Shown: positions 30,178-40,384 of the stretch, one piece after another | Numbering within the stretch: position 1 is the stretch's first letter | Layout of the letters: each line of letters begins with the position of its first letter | From: Desulfatiglandales bacterium | GTDB lineage: Bacteria; Desulfobacterota; DSM-4660; Desulfatiglandales; HGW-15 | Direction: 5' to 3' | NCBI GenBank assembly: GCA_963667015.2 | Contig: CAXXJJ010000004.1 | Coordinates: 1,120,001-1,184,000, forward strand | DNA: 64,000 nt | Translations under genes and position numbers: made by a program | The notes under the pieces: model-generated | Told to the model about the DNA's origin: nothing | What the model saw: the letters and a program-made list of their open reading frames with translations, nothing else | The model's database searches: none

Positions 30178-30837
30178 TCAAAGCTCAAGCCTTTTAATAA
30201 CTCTCTGCACCTGACACAGTGACCACTCTTTACCGGAGAATGTCTTAACTCCCAAATCATTGAGCCTGTCCCTTAATGCTCTCTGAGAGAGTCCTTCCTT
30301 TATGAATGCTTCAAAGGTAGGCTTCATCTTCTCGGCAAACTCACTGGCTTGTGATGCTCTCTGCTTATTACCCTTCTGTAGGTTCTCAACCTTACCGAGT
30401 TTAACACCTCTTTCCTTTGCTTTCTGTAAGGCTGACTTGGTGCGCTCACTGATCAGCTTACCTTCATATTCAGCTACAGCAGACAGGATATGCAGTGTGA
30501 GTTCATTTGCTTCCGGGAAGTCGGCACATATAAACTTCACTTTGGATTCCATAAGTGCAGACACAAAGGCAACATTCCTTGCCAGACGGTCAAGCTTTGC
30601 TATCACCAATGTAGCTTTATTCTTCTTGGCAAACTTAATGGCCTCCTGAAGCACTGGCCTTTTGTTCATTGCTCTGTAGCCTTTCCCGGTCTCAACCTCT
30701 GTGAACTCTTTCAGGAGCTTCCAGTTACCGCCATTAAGATAATTCATGACTGTATCCTTCTGAGCCTCTAAGCCGAGTCCAGACTTGCCCTGATGAGTGG
30801 TAGACACTCTGTAGTATGCAACATACTTTCCTTCCAT
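30178..30837 (-). CDS. serine recombinase (resolvase family)
   Basis: YVAYYRVST catalytic Ser motif, AKLDRLARN, ISERTK; ATG 30837 after GGAGG. Confidence 0.9.
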   Translation of the reverse strand: MEGKYVAYYRVSTTHQGKSGLGLEAQKDTVMNYLNGGNWKLLKEFTEVETGKGYRAMNKRPVLQEAIKFAKKNKATLVIAKLDRLARNVAFVSALMESKVKFICADFPEANELTLHILSAVAEYEGKLISERTKSALQKAKERGVKLGKVENLQKGNKQRASQASEFAEKMKPTFEAFIKEGLSQRALRDRLNDLGVKTFSGKEWSLCQVQRVIKRLEL

Positions 30838-30967
30838 ATTTCCTCCTTCGATTAAGTGACATCTTTTATAGACCATGGTTCGGTATGTTGTCAAGCTCTA
30901 TATTTTATTCTATTCCTGAAGCGGGAAACCCCTATTATTCTTAGTCTTATACTAATTTAAATGCTTG

Positions 30968-31834
30968 TTACTCGGAGGCATTTTCCTCTTCTTCAAGAAA
31001 GGCCTTGAAGGCACCATCCATCTCCGCATCTCCTATTCCATCAGGATTCTTCTCTATATACTTCCTCATGGCTTTTGAGCGTGACTCTGTGAGATTTTCT
31101 TGAAGTCCTTTTGGAAATTCAACATGCAACCTGATGTTTTTCATCTTATCGGAGGAAAAGAGTTTGCGGACATTCTGCCTTGTCCAAGTTTTACCCTGAA
31201 TGGTTTTAATGCCTTCACTGTTTAGGATATTTGCAATTTCTTGAAAGGACTTTTGCTTTTGCCCTTTGTGTTTCCTTCTCAATTTTTTTATCCGCTTGAG
31301 GACTGCTGGTTGTTCACGGTAATAACCCGGAGCACCAGCAGAACGAGATTTATTTTGAGGATCATTTGCTAAGTCACTTGGTAGCAGGCCTATATGATCT
31401 ATAAGTTTGTCGGTATGGGAAAAGAGAGCAAACAGTTTAATTAAGTCTATAGGTAAATCCTTAGAAAGGCTTTTCGCCTTAGCTTCTGTTGTTACTACCT
31501 CCCCTTCATAAAGGACATCCTTCTCCGTGATTTCTACAACATGCAATCCTTTTGCAGCAAGATAGCAAAGTAATATATTCTGAGTTTCAGGATCATCACC
31601 AAGGTGGTCAATTGATGGGACTGTAATAACTTTAATTGAATTACCTTCTGTCATTATGTCCGACACCATCTCGGTGAACGCTGTATAGCCTTCCTCTAAT
31701 TCAAGATAATGATCATCAATCCCGAAAGGTGCAAAATATCCAGCTTTCATCCCCAACTTTAAAAAATAAGCAACTTCCTTGTAATCCTCTGGGTATCTCA
31801 TGTAAGCAACTGACCTAATAAAACGACTACTCAT
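30968..31834 (-). CDS. degenerate serine-recombinase-like DNA-binding protein
   Basis: SVAYMRYP lacks the catalytic Ser; C-terminal SFQEIANILNSEGIKTIQGKTWTRQNV recombinase DNA-binding motif. Confidence 0.6.
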   Translation of the reverse strand: MSSRFIRSVAYMRYPEDYKEVAYFLKLGMKAGYFAPFGIDDHYLELEEGYTAFTEMVSDIMTEGNSIKVITVPSIDHLGDDPETQNILLCYLAAKGLHVVEITEKDVLYEGEVVTTEAKAKSLSKDLPIDLIKLFALFSHTDKLIDHIGLLPSDLANDPQNKSRSAGAPGYYREQPAVLKRIKKLRRKHKGQKQKSFQEIANILNSEGIKTIQGKTWTRQNVRKLFSSDKMKNIRLHVEFPKGLQENLTESRSKAMRKYIEKNPDGIGDAEMDGAFKAFLEEEENASE

Positions 31835-31898
31835 AAAAAGCTTTCCTCCTAATCAAATTTGACCTTCCTTTTAAGAAACTGAGAGTTTCATGTCAAAG

Positions 31899-32099
31899 CA
31901 ATTTGTCACTTAATGTGAAACCATTTAGAACGTCTTTAATATCAATTAGTTAACTTGCTTTTCTGAAATTAGGACTTCCCTAAGAAAGAAAACACTCCCA
32001 GAATTTTTATTGTACCTTTCTTCTGATTATTGCTCACATAGGGACAATTTGTCACCAAATATGAAACCTTTTTGAACGTTAATAATATCAAACAGTTAA
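31899..32099 (+). repeat. 55-bp imperfect direct repeat (31899-31953, 32045-32099), each copy ending in an IHF consensus
   Basis: 45/55 identity by manual alignment; TATCAA-N4-TTA in both copies. Confidence 0.7.
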
Positions 32100-33082
32100 G
32101 TCTACTTTTGAAAAATACTGGTCACTACAGAGAGAAAGTCGTCCTTAAATTTTTATTTCACCAACCACTCAACTTAACATTCATTAAACCTATAGCCATT
32201 TGCCAGTTCCGTGAGGAACAAGGCCGTATTAAGCCTGAAATATTAACCTATAAGAACTTAGGAGTTCAAAACAACATGAAAGACATTATTGACCGAGAAG
32301 AATTTGTAAAAGAAATGGAAAAAAACTGGGAAGAACGATTAGGGAACGTTTCAAGCCATGCGCTGAGACAGACTTGGAGACAGATTGGCAGGGTTTTCAA
32401 CGAGCATATCTTTAACCATAACAATCCATCCTACTCAAAAAACTGGACAGTGCTTCAGCCAAAGACAGGCACAGGTAAAACTCAAGGAGCTATTGTGTTC
32501 TCAAGTATGCTTTCAAGATTATCTGAAGATGAACACCCAGGTGTTCTTATCGTTACCAGAAGGAAACTTGATGCCAATGACATTAGAGACCAGATCAATG
32601 AACTATCGGGTCATGAAGTTGCAATAGCACATCATTCTGACAGCAAGACTCAACTATCTGAACTTCGTATGTATGGCGTAGTCATCATTACTCACAGATT
32701 CTATGAGATGGCCTTAGATCATCTTGGACAAGGAGCAACTATTGAATCGACTTGGCCTGTTATTCATGAATGGCAATGGTGACAGCCGAAAGCTTATCAT
32801 CATTGACGAATGCATTGACCTCATAGAGCACTCTCAAGGTTCACTCATGGGCCTCAAGCAGACACTTGCAGTTATACCACCGGATATCGAAGAAGAGTTT
32901 CCTGAAGAGGTTCGAGCAATCGAAAAGCTTGCCAACATGCTGAAGGAAGTTGACCAGCAGAAAAGGAAAACAGGAAGTTGTCAGGAGTCTCTTATATCTG
33001 AGGTTTCACTTCTTGATAATCCGCCGGATTTAACTCTTCTCAGGGATGCAATGAGGAAAAAGAAGTGCGATATGATTTATTA

Positions 33083-34758
33083 CCTGAATTTTGCATTAAA
33101 AATAAAAAAACATAGAAACACATTGACCATCTGGAACCGCTGTTATTATGGGAGTTGACAAAGACAACCATAAATACAGGAGATACCCAGATGGTAAAAG
33201 CTAATAAATCAAAATTCACTAAGAAGTACAACAATAAAGGAACCCAGACAGATCACTCAAATGCCAGAAATATCAATGCATCTACAGCATATGACACATG
33301 CAGTGAACAGCTAAGCCCATTTGGCGGGCTTTTGGCCATTATAAAATTTATAGACCTGATTGATTTTCGGGAAATATTTGAATCTGTATATAAAGCCCCT
33401 AGCCGGAAACCCAAGCTGGGACACTATTCTATGGTAGTCGGTCTGCTGACGCTACTATTTATAGGCTTCAACAGGGTATGGCATTTTTCATATTTACGTT
33501 TTGATTCGATGCTTTGCGGATTTTTTAGGGTTACCAGCTTGCCTGTTGCCAGTACTTTTTGGCGATACGTTAATAGTATGGGTCTCAATCAGGGGAAATC
33601 CTTACTGAATGTAATGGCAGTCCTTAGAGAGCGTGTCTGGAGCCTTAACAATATTTCTTATCGCAAAGTTTGCTTAGATATAGACACAACAGTCGAGACA
33701 GTTTTTGGAGATCAACAGGGGGCTCGGAAAGGCCACAACACTAAAAACCGCGGAAAGAAAGGCTATCGACCAGTCCTGTGTTTTATTGAGGAAAGCAGGG
33801 AATATCTGATCGGCAAACTTCGTAGAGGTGAAACCATGGGAGGCATCGAAACTGCGGAATTTATTTCCCAAATAAAAAGCCAGCTGCCTGGCTGCGTTGA
33901 ACAGGTTTTGGTACGTGGGGATGGGGAATTCCAAAGTGCAGAAAGTGTTCATGAATGCATAGAAGAAGGCTATAATTTTATTTTTGCTAACAAAGGATGC
34001 AATCCTCCATTTGATCCCCGACTTTGGTATCAGCCTAACAAAAAACAGGCGTGTGAGTACAACAGTTGCGTATACCAGCCTCAGGGGTGGGAGGAACCTG
34101 TCAGGTTTGTTGCAATGAGAATGCCCAAAGAAAATATCAAAGATCAAAATACTCAGTACGAACTGTTTGAAGAAGATAAATATACTTATCGTATATTCAG
34201 CACTGATCTCAGGCAAAAAGCTCATAAGGTCATTGCCCTGTATGATAAACGTGCAGATGTTGAAAACCTGGTGGGTGAATCAAAACGTGAAGGGCTTGAC
34301 GCCATTCCTTCATCACGTTTCAAAAATAACTATGCTTATTTTCAAGTTGTAATGCTGGCCTATAATATCTGGCGCTACTTGAAAATAATGGCTGAGAATA
34401 GTTGCAAAGACAAACAACCTGATGAGGCAGCACCGCAGGCTGCTTCACTTAAAGGGATAAAAACAAATACTGTTCGTATAGCAAGGTTGCGTTTGCTGAT
34501 GATTGCCGCAAAGGTTGTCATGGCATCAAACCGGAATAAAGTCAGGTACTCTATCCATGATAGCCGAACACCAGCCTTACTGTCGTTCATGGAATATTTG
34601 GATATGAAGAGAGCAGTGCCTAAACCTTGGTGCGGCAATAATTTAGCTGTAATTTGAGTTGGTTGTACTTCGTGCACAAAATTTCTTGCACGGAGAAATA
34701 AGCTTTATAAAAATTGAATAATATACTATAGAAAATGCGTTTTCGTGCAAAATTCAGG
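33083..34758 (+). mobile_element. IS1380-family insertion sequence, 1676 bp
   Basis: Terminal IRs CCTGAATTTTGCA (33083-33095) / TGCAAAATTCAGG (34746-34758); 5-bp target duplication TATTA (33078-33082, 34759-34763). Confidence 0.92.
33155..34657 (+). CDS. IS1380-family DDE transposase
   Basis: LDIDTT..FGDQQGA, GYRP, VRGDGEF, Y.KRADVENL.GE.K motifs. Confidence 0.9.
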   Translation: MTKTTINTGDTQMVKANKSKFTKKYNNKGTQTDHSNARNINASTAYDTCSEQLSPFGGLLAIIKFIDLIDFREIFESVYKAPSRKPKLGHYSMVVGLLTLLFIGFNRVWHFSYLRFDSMLCGFFRVTSLPVASTFWRYVNSMGLNQGKSLLNVMAVLRERVWSLNNISYRKVCLDIDTTVETVFGDQQGARKGHNTKNRGKKGYRPVLCFIEESREYLIGKLRRGETMGGIETAEFISQIKSQLPGCVEQVLVRGDGEFQSAESVHECIEEGYNFIFANKGCNPPFDPRLWYQPNKKQACEYNSCVYQPQGWEEPVRFVAMRMPKENIKDQNTQYELFEEDKYTYRIFSTDLRQKAHKVIALYDKRADVENLVGESKREGLDAIPSSRFKNNYAYFQVVMLAYNIWRYLKIMAENSCKDKQPDEAAPQAASLKGIKTNTVRIARLRLLMIAAKVVMASNRNKVRYSIHDSRTPALLSFMEYLDMKRAVPKPWCGNNLAVI

Positions 34759-36472
34759 TATTAATCCTCAAACAATCAAACCCAAAAGAGTTGGACAGGT
34801 TAAGAAAGTTACATGATGCACGATTGAAATCTGTTCATGGAATACTAAGGTCATGGGCATACTATGCAAAGAAGAAGGGTATCCCGACTCTAAACACTGC
34901 AAGATTACTTGTTCCTGAAGATGTCAAAGGGGCAGTTATCCTTGATGCCACAGCAAGCAGTAATGTCCTTCTGGATATCTGGAAGGACGCACATATAGAA
35001 ACGCCCTATGGTGGTGAAAGACGGTATGACAATGTTGCTCTAAACTATTCACTCGGCCACAAAGTCGGAAAGGTATGGATGAACAAAAATGCTAAGAAAA
35101 TATGCAAAGATTTCATTTCTGATCTTAATAATCGTTTTAAAGAAGGTGATCGTGTTCTTGTAGTTACACATAAAGACCTTGAACCTATCCTTACATCCTA
35201 CAAAACCAACTTCAAATTAATGACAGGACATTGGGGAGCGATTGACGGAAGTAATGAATGGAAGGAGTGCAATAAGGTTGTAATCTTTGGTTTACCCTAC
35301 AAGCCTGATACATGGACAGCAAATCTATTCATGTCTTTTCACGGGCCTATGTCCACTGAATGGCTTCAATCTGAAGGAGACAGACCTTATGGTAGACACA
35401 CAGATATTCGCAGAGCATTGAAGCATGGAGCAATCATTGTGGACGTTATACAGGCTATTAACCGTGTTAGATGCAGGAAAGTTATTGACAGTCAGGGCCA
35501 TTGTGAACCCACAAGTGTCTGGATGCTTTTACCTGATGATCCTCTTTCGGATATACTCTTGGAAAGCATCTCAAAGGATATGCCTAATATTCATCTACAT
35601 GAATGGGATTATGGTAAACAGAAACGAACGGTTCAAGCACCCAGAAGAGGCAAATGGCAGGAAGCTCTTGTGAAGTACTTTAAGAACATGCAGAACGGTA
35701 GCATACCAGCCGGTCATGTGAGAAATAATTTAGGCATGTCTCCAAGGACATTAGCAACCTTAACGAAGAAGGCACAGGAAATTGACTCTGACCTCTATGG
35801 GATTATGAATGAGATGAACATTAGATATGAAATCCAAAGACATGGACGATCATCTAAAGGCATGTTTATCAAACAATAGTAATTAGCTTCGACTGTCTAA
35901 CCTTTAAGTCCTACCATTCACATTGCACTTTAAATCATATAATAACTCTTTATAGACCTATTTTGCATAGTGAAATTTATAAACAGAAGAGTGCTCAGAG
36001 AGGAACCAGAAGAAAAAGTTATAGGAGTATGTTAGATTGTCTTCTGGTGAGACTCTGAGTATATCTTCTGTGATGACTTTAAGTGGAGGGGATTTACAAA
36101 AATAAATATCCCCTTTCTTAAAGGCTAACTCCTTATATATCCCTTATAAGACACTGCTCTCGCAGTAAACTATAAGTATAACATAAGGAAATAATTTGAT
36201 TGGATGTGTTAATGAGGCCTTGCCTCTTATAGTGTGGTAAAGTCAGTCGAAGGCTTCAGTTTCAACCTTCGTGATAGCGTTTCTGATTTTTATTTATCTG
36301 TCTGCTTGTATCTGTTTTTGTCTATGAGACCGAAAGCGAACGCCTCCCGATGAGTTCGGTTTGAAGAGTGGACAACTGAAGTAGGGAGTTGATAGCCAGT
36401 TTACCGGCCTTGTTGAGTAAAAGGTGGAAAGCTTGGAGTGATCCTTTTGGTGAGACTTGAGGGAGCACTTCA

Positions 36473-37159
36473 CTATGTGTCACAAAAATTAATATTTGAT
36501 GTATCTGATGAATCCACTAAAACCTCTGGCATCTTTGTATCATCAATCGTTTGTTGAAGCAGAACTTGATTGGTTTTTAATAAATCGAGTATATAATCCC
36601 ATGTAAGAATTCTAATATTCCAACGATCGTATATATATTGCTTCCTTATTGTTAATGCCTTTTCATACAACTTATTTCTTTTGTCTACATTTATAAAGTC
36701 GCCGTCAACCCATCGATCGTGACGTCCAATAATAATTCCGCCGAAATATATATTGTCTGAATGTACTATTTGAAAATCGCGTTTAAAATTTTCATCTCCT
36801 TTATTTTCATGAAAGTAATGAAACAGTTGGTTTTCAGCTTTAATAAGTTCCTTTGAGGGGCGTAATCTATTCTCAGTTTCCTTTTCAAATATATAACACT
36901 GAGGTGCTTTTAGTTCCCAAATAAATGCTTTAACAGCTTGTAGGCCTGTCTCGTCCTGTACTTTTACAGATAGGACGTAGTCAGAATCACCTGAATTACC
37001 CCTACGTTCTTTATCAATATAAACAAATTCTAAAACAGTTTCGGGTATCAGAGCAGTCTTAACATGATGCAAAAATGCTCGGCATTCCAATTCCTTGTTT
37101 CCATCTGCTTGAATTAATTTTCTTAGCTGATTGTAATTTTCAGTGGAGTTATCCTGCAT
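36473..37159 (-). CDS. Shedu-like (DUF4263) nuclease domain protein
   Basis: SDYVL..IWELKAP..RPSKEL.KAENQL.HY, IIIGR, IRILTWDYIL match the DUF4263/SduA core. Confidence 0.7.
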   Translation of the reverse strand: MQDNSTENYNQLRKLIQADGNKELECRAFLHHVKTALIPETVLEFVYIDKERRGNSGDSDYVLSVKVQDETGLQAVKAFIWELKAPQCYIFEKETENRLRPSKELIKAENQLFHYFHENKGDENFKRDFQIVHSDNIYFGGIIIGRHDRWVDGDFINVDKRNKLYEKALTIRKQYIYDRWNIRILTWDYILDLLKTNQVLLQQTIDDTKMPEVLVDSSDTSNINFCDT

Positions 37160-37685
37160 ACGCTTCTCTCCACATATTAGTAGAATATGCTACAAGACCA
37201 TCAAAATACTCATATACTGTTGCTTTGTTAATTTCATCTCCATAACTCACAATGTAAGCAAGAGGTATCTTGTACTCTAATTTCCCTTGATTTTTAGTTT
37301 CAATCGATTGGGTGTGATTAAGTAATACAATTGTTGAATCTTTCCCCAAAGAAAAAGTGTAAGCATTACTAACTGTACATTCGCTTGCAGTCATATAACG
37401 GGCACCCTCTGCCCTAAACAAAGCGCTTTCTTTTTTGACAGTAATAAGACCCGGGAATGGATTCAGCTTTTTTGAAATATAATCATTAATTCGTTTTTTA
37501 TCTCCTGAGCCGAGAATAACAATCATAGCATACTCAGCCTCAGTTATTGCGACCCAACGAATCTTCTTTTTCTGTAGCACAGATGGGAATGACTTTTTTA
37601 CTGATGGAGCTACACGTGATAAACGTTTTTTGATTATTTCATTTATTTTGATCAGATCAAAATCGGTATCCATTTCATAAACCAT
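37149..37685 (-). CDS. hypothetical protein overlapping the Shedu-like gene
   Basis: 178-aa ORF, 11-nt overlap with the downstream start. Confidence 0.65.
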   Translation of the reverse strand: MVYEMDTDFDLIKINEIIKKRLSRVAPSVKKSFPSVLQKKKIRWVAITEAEYAMIVILGSGDKKRINDYISKKLNPFPGLITVKKESALFRAEGARYMTASECTVSNAYTFSLGKDSTIVLLNHTQSIETKNQGKLEYKIPLAYIVSYGDEINKATVYEYFDGLVAYSTNMWREAYAG

Positions 37686-37831
37686 TATTGAGGGTTAATA
37701 TTTTATGTTCCTTTTGGTTAATAAAATCATGCGTTCAGGAGAATGGATAAATCAATAGTTACATTATATACAACTCCAATCACCACTTATCAATTCATTA
37801 TTTAGGGGTGGACATCAAGATTAACTCCAAG

Positions 37832-38761
37832 TTAATCGATTTCAGTATCAGAATGTACAATCGCATAGTTAACAACTTGACTGAACGCAATGGCCAGATT
37901 ATCCATAAATTTTTTATCTTTCATCGGGTTATTGAGTTTGGAAAAAAACTGAGGTTCTAATTTCAGATCACTTGAGAGGCATCGAATTTCAGAATGATCT
38001 GAGGCAAACTTAACTTCTAATAATTTTTCATTTCGATATAACTTTCTCTTGAAATTAAAGCTAAATATTAATCTGCTACGTAACTTACCTCCCTCTATTC
38101 GCCCTGATTCTTGCCATATCCAAAGCTCAGAACCATCTACCAAATTATATGTTCGGGCCTTACCTTGAATCAAATTTATCTCGGAAACTATCACAGGAAT
38201 GTCTGTCTTTCCTATATTAGATAGAAGCCCTTTAGATTCCCAATTTGAAATTTCACCGTCAAGGAGGGTTAAAATTAAGTGGCGAACAGGTTCCCATTTT
38301 AGTTCATACAGATTTGCTTCCTTTTGGCTTTCATCTTTGATTTTATCAAGGCTATCTTTCTGTTTTTTTAATAAAGTATCGTCAGGTTCTGTGATCATTT
38401 TTTCCGCATAAAGACTTATTAAGTCCTTCTGTGCAGCCAAGTACTCATCCCTTGCACTTTTATTTCCCTGTTTTGCAAGGACTTCATCCAATTTTTGGTT
38501 TTGAGCTTTGTCACGTTCCTCAGCTTTATCATCAAAATTTGATATAGCGACAGCCTCTTGAGAAGGATGAAAATGGTGGTACAAATCGGAAACTACAGGC
38601 CCAAGTAAAGCTCCGACAATCAGCATGATAATTGCGCCTATTATGTTAGTCCCCCATGATTGATGTAAAAAGCAATAACGTGATCCACGTAAAGGTTTCT
38701 TAGAGCACTGTTTTTGGCTTGATGTTGCGAACGCTTGGCATTGTGGTTTTTCCGGTGACAC
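37832..38761 (-). CDS. hypothetical protein: N-terminal C3H zinc-finger-like motif, TM helix, coiled coil
   Basis: CQAFATSSQKQCSKKPLRGSRYCFLH followed by IIGAIIMLIVGALLGPVV. Confidence 0.65.
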   Translation of the reverse strand: MSPEKPQCQAFATSSQKQCSKKPLRGSRYCFLHQSWGTNIIGAIIMLIVGALLGPVVSDLYHHFHPSQEAVAISNFDDKAEERDKAQNQKLDEVLAKQGNKSARDEYLAAQKDLISLYAEKMITEPDDTLLKKQKDSLDKIKDESQKEANLYELKWEPVRHLILTLLDGEISNWESKGLLSNIGKTDIPVIVSEINLIQGKARTYNLVDGSELWIWQESGRIEGGKLRSRLIFSFNFKRKLYRNEKLLEVKFASDHSEIRCLSSDLKLEPQFFSKLNNPMKDKKFMDNLAIAFSQVVNYAIVHSDTEID

Positions 38762-38814
38762 GGTATCCCTCTCTTAATAATTTTCAATGAAGTCTGACTA
38801 TGCGGTGAGTTTCA

Positions 38815-39726
38815 TCATTCTAAACCTAAATAAGTCGTAAGTGCTTTTGTTAACAATGTTCCGGCTGAACTTGTACCTACCTTCCAAGCCTCTGTCCCGG
38901 CTTTACTTAACATTTTACCCATCCAACCTGATACTTTCTTACCAAAACCTTGAGTTTGTCCATGCTCTTCATCTTCCTTAACTGCGATGCTTAACTCCTC
39001 AATGTCCTCATTTGAGATACCTTTGGATTTTAAGAAAGAGGAAAGGCTTTCAAAGTCACCTTTTGTTACGATAAACTGCCCACTCTGTGTAACGTTTGTG
39101 CTTCCTGTAGCTACATTCTGTACATTTCCATTGATGACAGTATGGAATACCTGCGAAACTTTTTCATCTGGAATTGGTTTGTCGTCTGGCATTGCTTCTC
39201 CTGCGTCTGGATTTTCTTTTTCTATTTCAAGGGCAAAACTTAGAATACGATTTCTGACCGTATCAAGGATTGCAAAGACTAAACTTTTAGGAATTTCAAG
39301 CCATGCTCCAATCATGCTGTAACCTTTGAATATTTTTTGACCTACAATGGCCATAAGGTTTCCCGGCCAATCAATTTGTAACATGTCTCCGCTTCCACTA
39401 CATGTTTCTTCTATAGCACTTATAGGTTGTACGAGACGTGCCTCATTTGCCCAATGCCTGTATTCTTTTGGTAAACTACCTGAAGGAATAGTCATATTCT
39501 GCAACATACGACCATAAGCCTCAAAATGGCCTTTAGCAATTCCTGAGACTATTCTATAATCTGGTATAATATCAAATGAGGGATAACCGTTTAATTCATA
39601 TTCCACCCATTGGTTCAATTCATCATGCTGAAGACGGTGAGCGAGAACTTTACATTTGCGTAACAAGTCAGAGAGTCTACTTTCAGAATCTATGGCTGAG
39701 TCCTGTATATCTCGAAGAAAAGTCAT
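38815..39726 (-). CDS. AbiTii-domain protein
   Basis: DIQDSAID..LSDLLRKCKVLA.RL...EL..WV..ELNGY..PDYR, ILDTVRNRIL.FALE. Confidence 0.75.
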   Translation of the reverse strand: MTFLRDIQDSAIDSESRLSDLLRKCKVLAHRLQHDELNQWVEYELNGYPSFDIIPDYRIVSGIAKGHFEAYGRMLQNMTIPSGSLPKEYRHWANEARLVQPISAIEETCSGSGDMLQIDWPGNLMAIVGQKIFKGYSMIGAWLEIPKSLVFAILDTVRNRILSFALEIEKENPDAGEAMPDDKPIPDEKVSQVFHTVINGNVQNVATGSTNVTQSGQFIVTKGDFESLSSFLKSKGISNEDIEELSIAVKEDEEHGQTQGFGKKVSGWMGKMLSKAGTEAWKVGTSSAGTLLTKALTTYLGLE

Positions 39727-39774
39727 GTTTCCTCCAATTCAAAAGTTGCTAACGTAAAATTAACTATTTATCTA

Positions 39775-40140
39775 TTACTTCTTTACTTGCGGTAATGAAT
39801 TGCTTTCCGGTCTATGTGGATGTTCATCTCTTGGAAGAACCTTTAAATGTTCTCTGCTAAATGAATTTATAGAGGTTCGCCCTGCTTCTGAAGCACCTCT
39901 GATAAACGAGAATTCACCTAACATTTTATAGAAATCAGCAGGGATATCAGGGCGTACCTTATCAGGCATACAGTGATCACAGGCACGAGTGATTTGACAT
40001 AAATGATTATAGGATGATTGTACTTGAACTCTCAGGTCTTTTGATAGGTTTCTTTTTGCATTATATTGAATGTAATTACCTATTAACGAAATAACGGCAA
40101 GCAAACCGGATACAATAGTGACCCAATCAATAGCTGTCAT
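39775..40140 (-). CDS. hypothetical protein with N-terminal TM helix
   Basis: 121-aa ORF, AGGAG RBS. Confidence 0.6.
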   Translation of the reverse strand: MTAIDWVTIVSGLLAVISLIGNYIQYNAKRNLSKDLRVQVQSSYNHLCQITRACDHCMPDKVRPDIPADFYKMLGEFSFIRGASEAGRTSINSFSREHLKVLPRDEHPHRPESNSLPQVKK

Positions 40141-40384
40141 ATAGTGCTCCTATAGATTTAACAAATATTGTCGGTGTGGTTGATCAGAGATTTATTGTTG
40201 TTAACAATACATTCTCAATTTCACTATTTCAAGTCCAACCTTCAGCCACACCCAAAAATACCCTTCAGCCTCTCAAATTCGCATCACATTAACTTCAGGG
40301 GTATATTGTACTCATTTCAGTTTTAAGCGTAAGGTGAGGCATCCTGAGTAACTTGGCAAGCATCGTAGATGCCATGTGCAGACA

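Larger units (their letters stand above)
32276..35879 (+). pseudogene. SF2 helicase-like protein disrupted by IS1380 and two frameshifts
   Basis: Walker A PKTGTGKT (piece 1), Walker B IIIDE (piece 2), ILDATA and IQAINRVR (piece 3 after the IS). Confidence 0.75.

Noticed and set aside
32072..32275. N-terminal extension of the helicase ORF from TTG 32072
   Set aside because: Overlaps the direct repeat and control region; ATG 32276 with upstream AGGAG is more plausible
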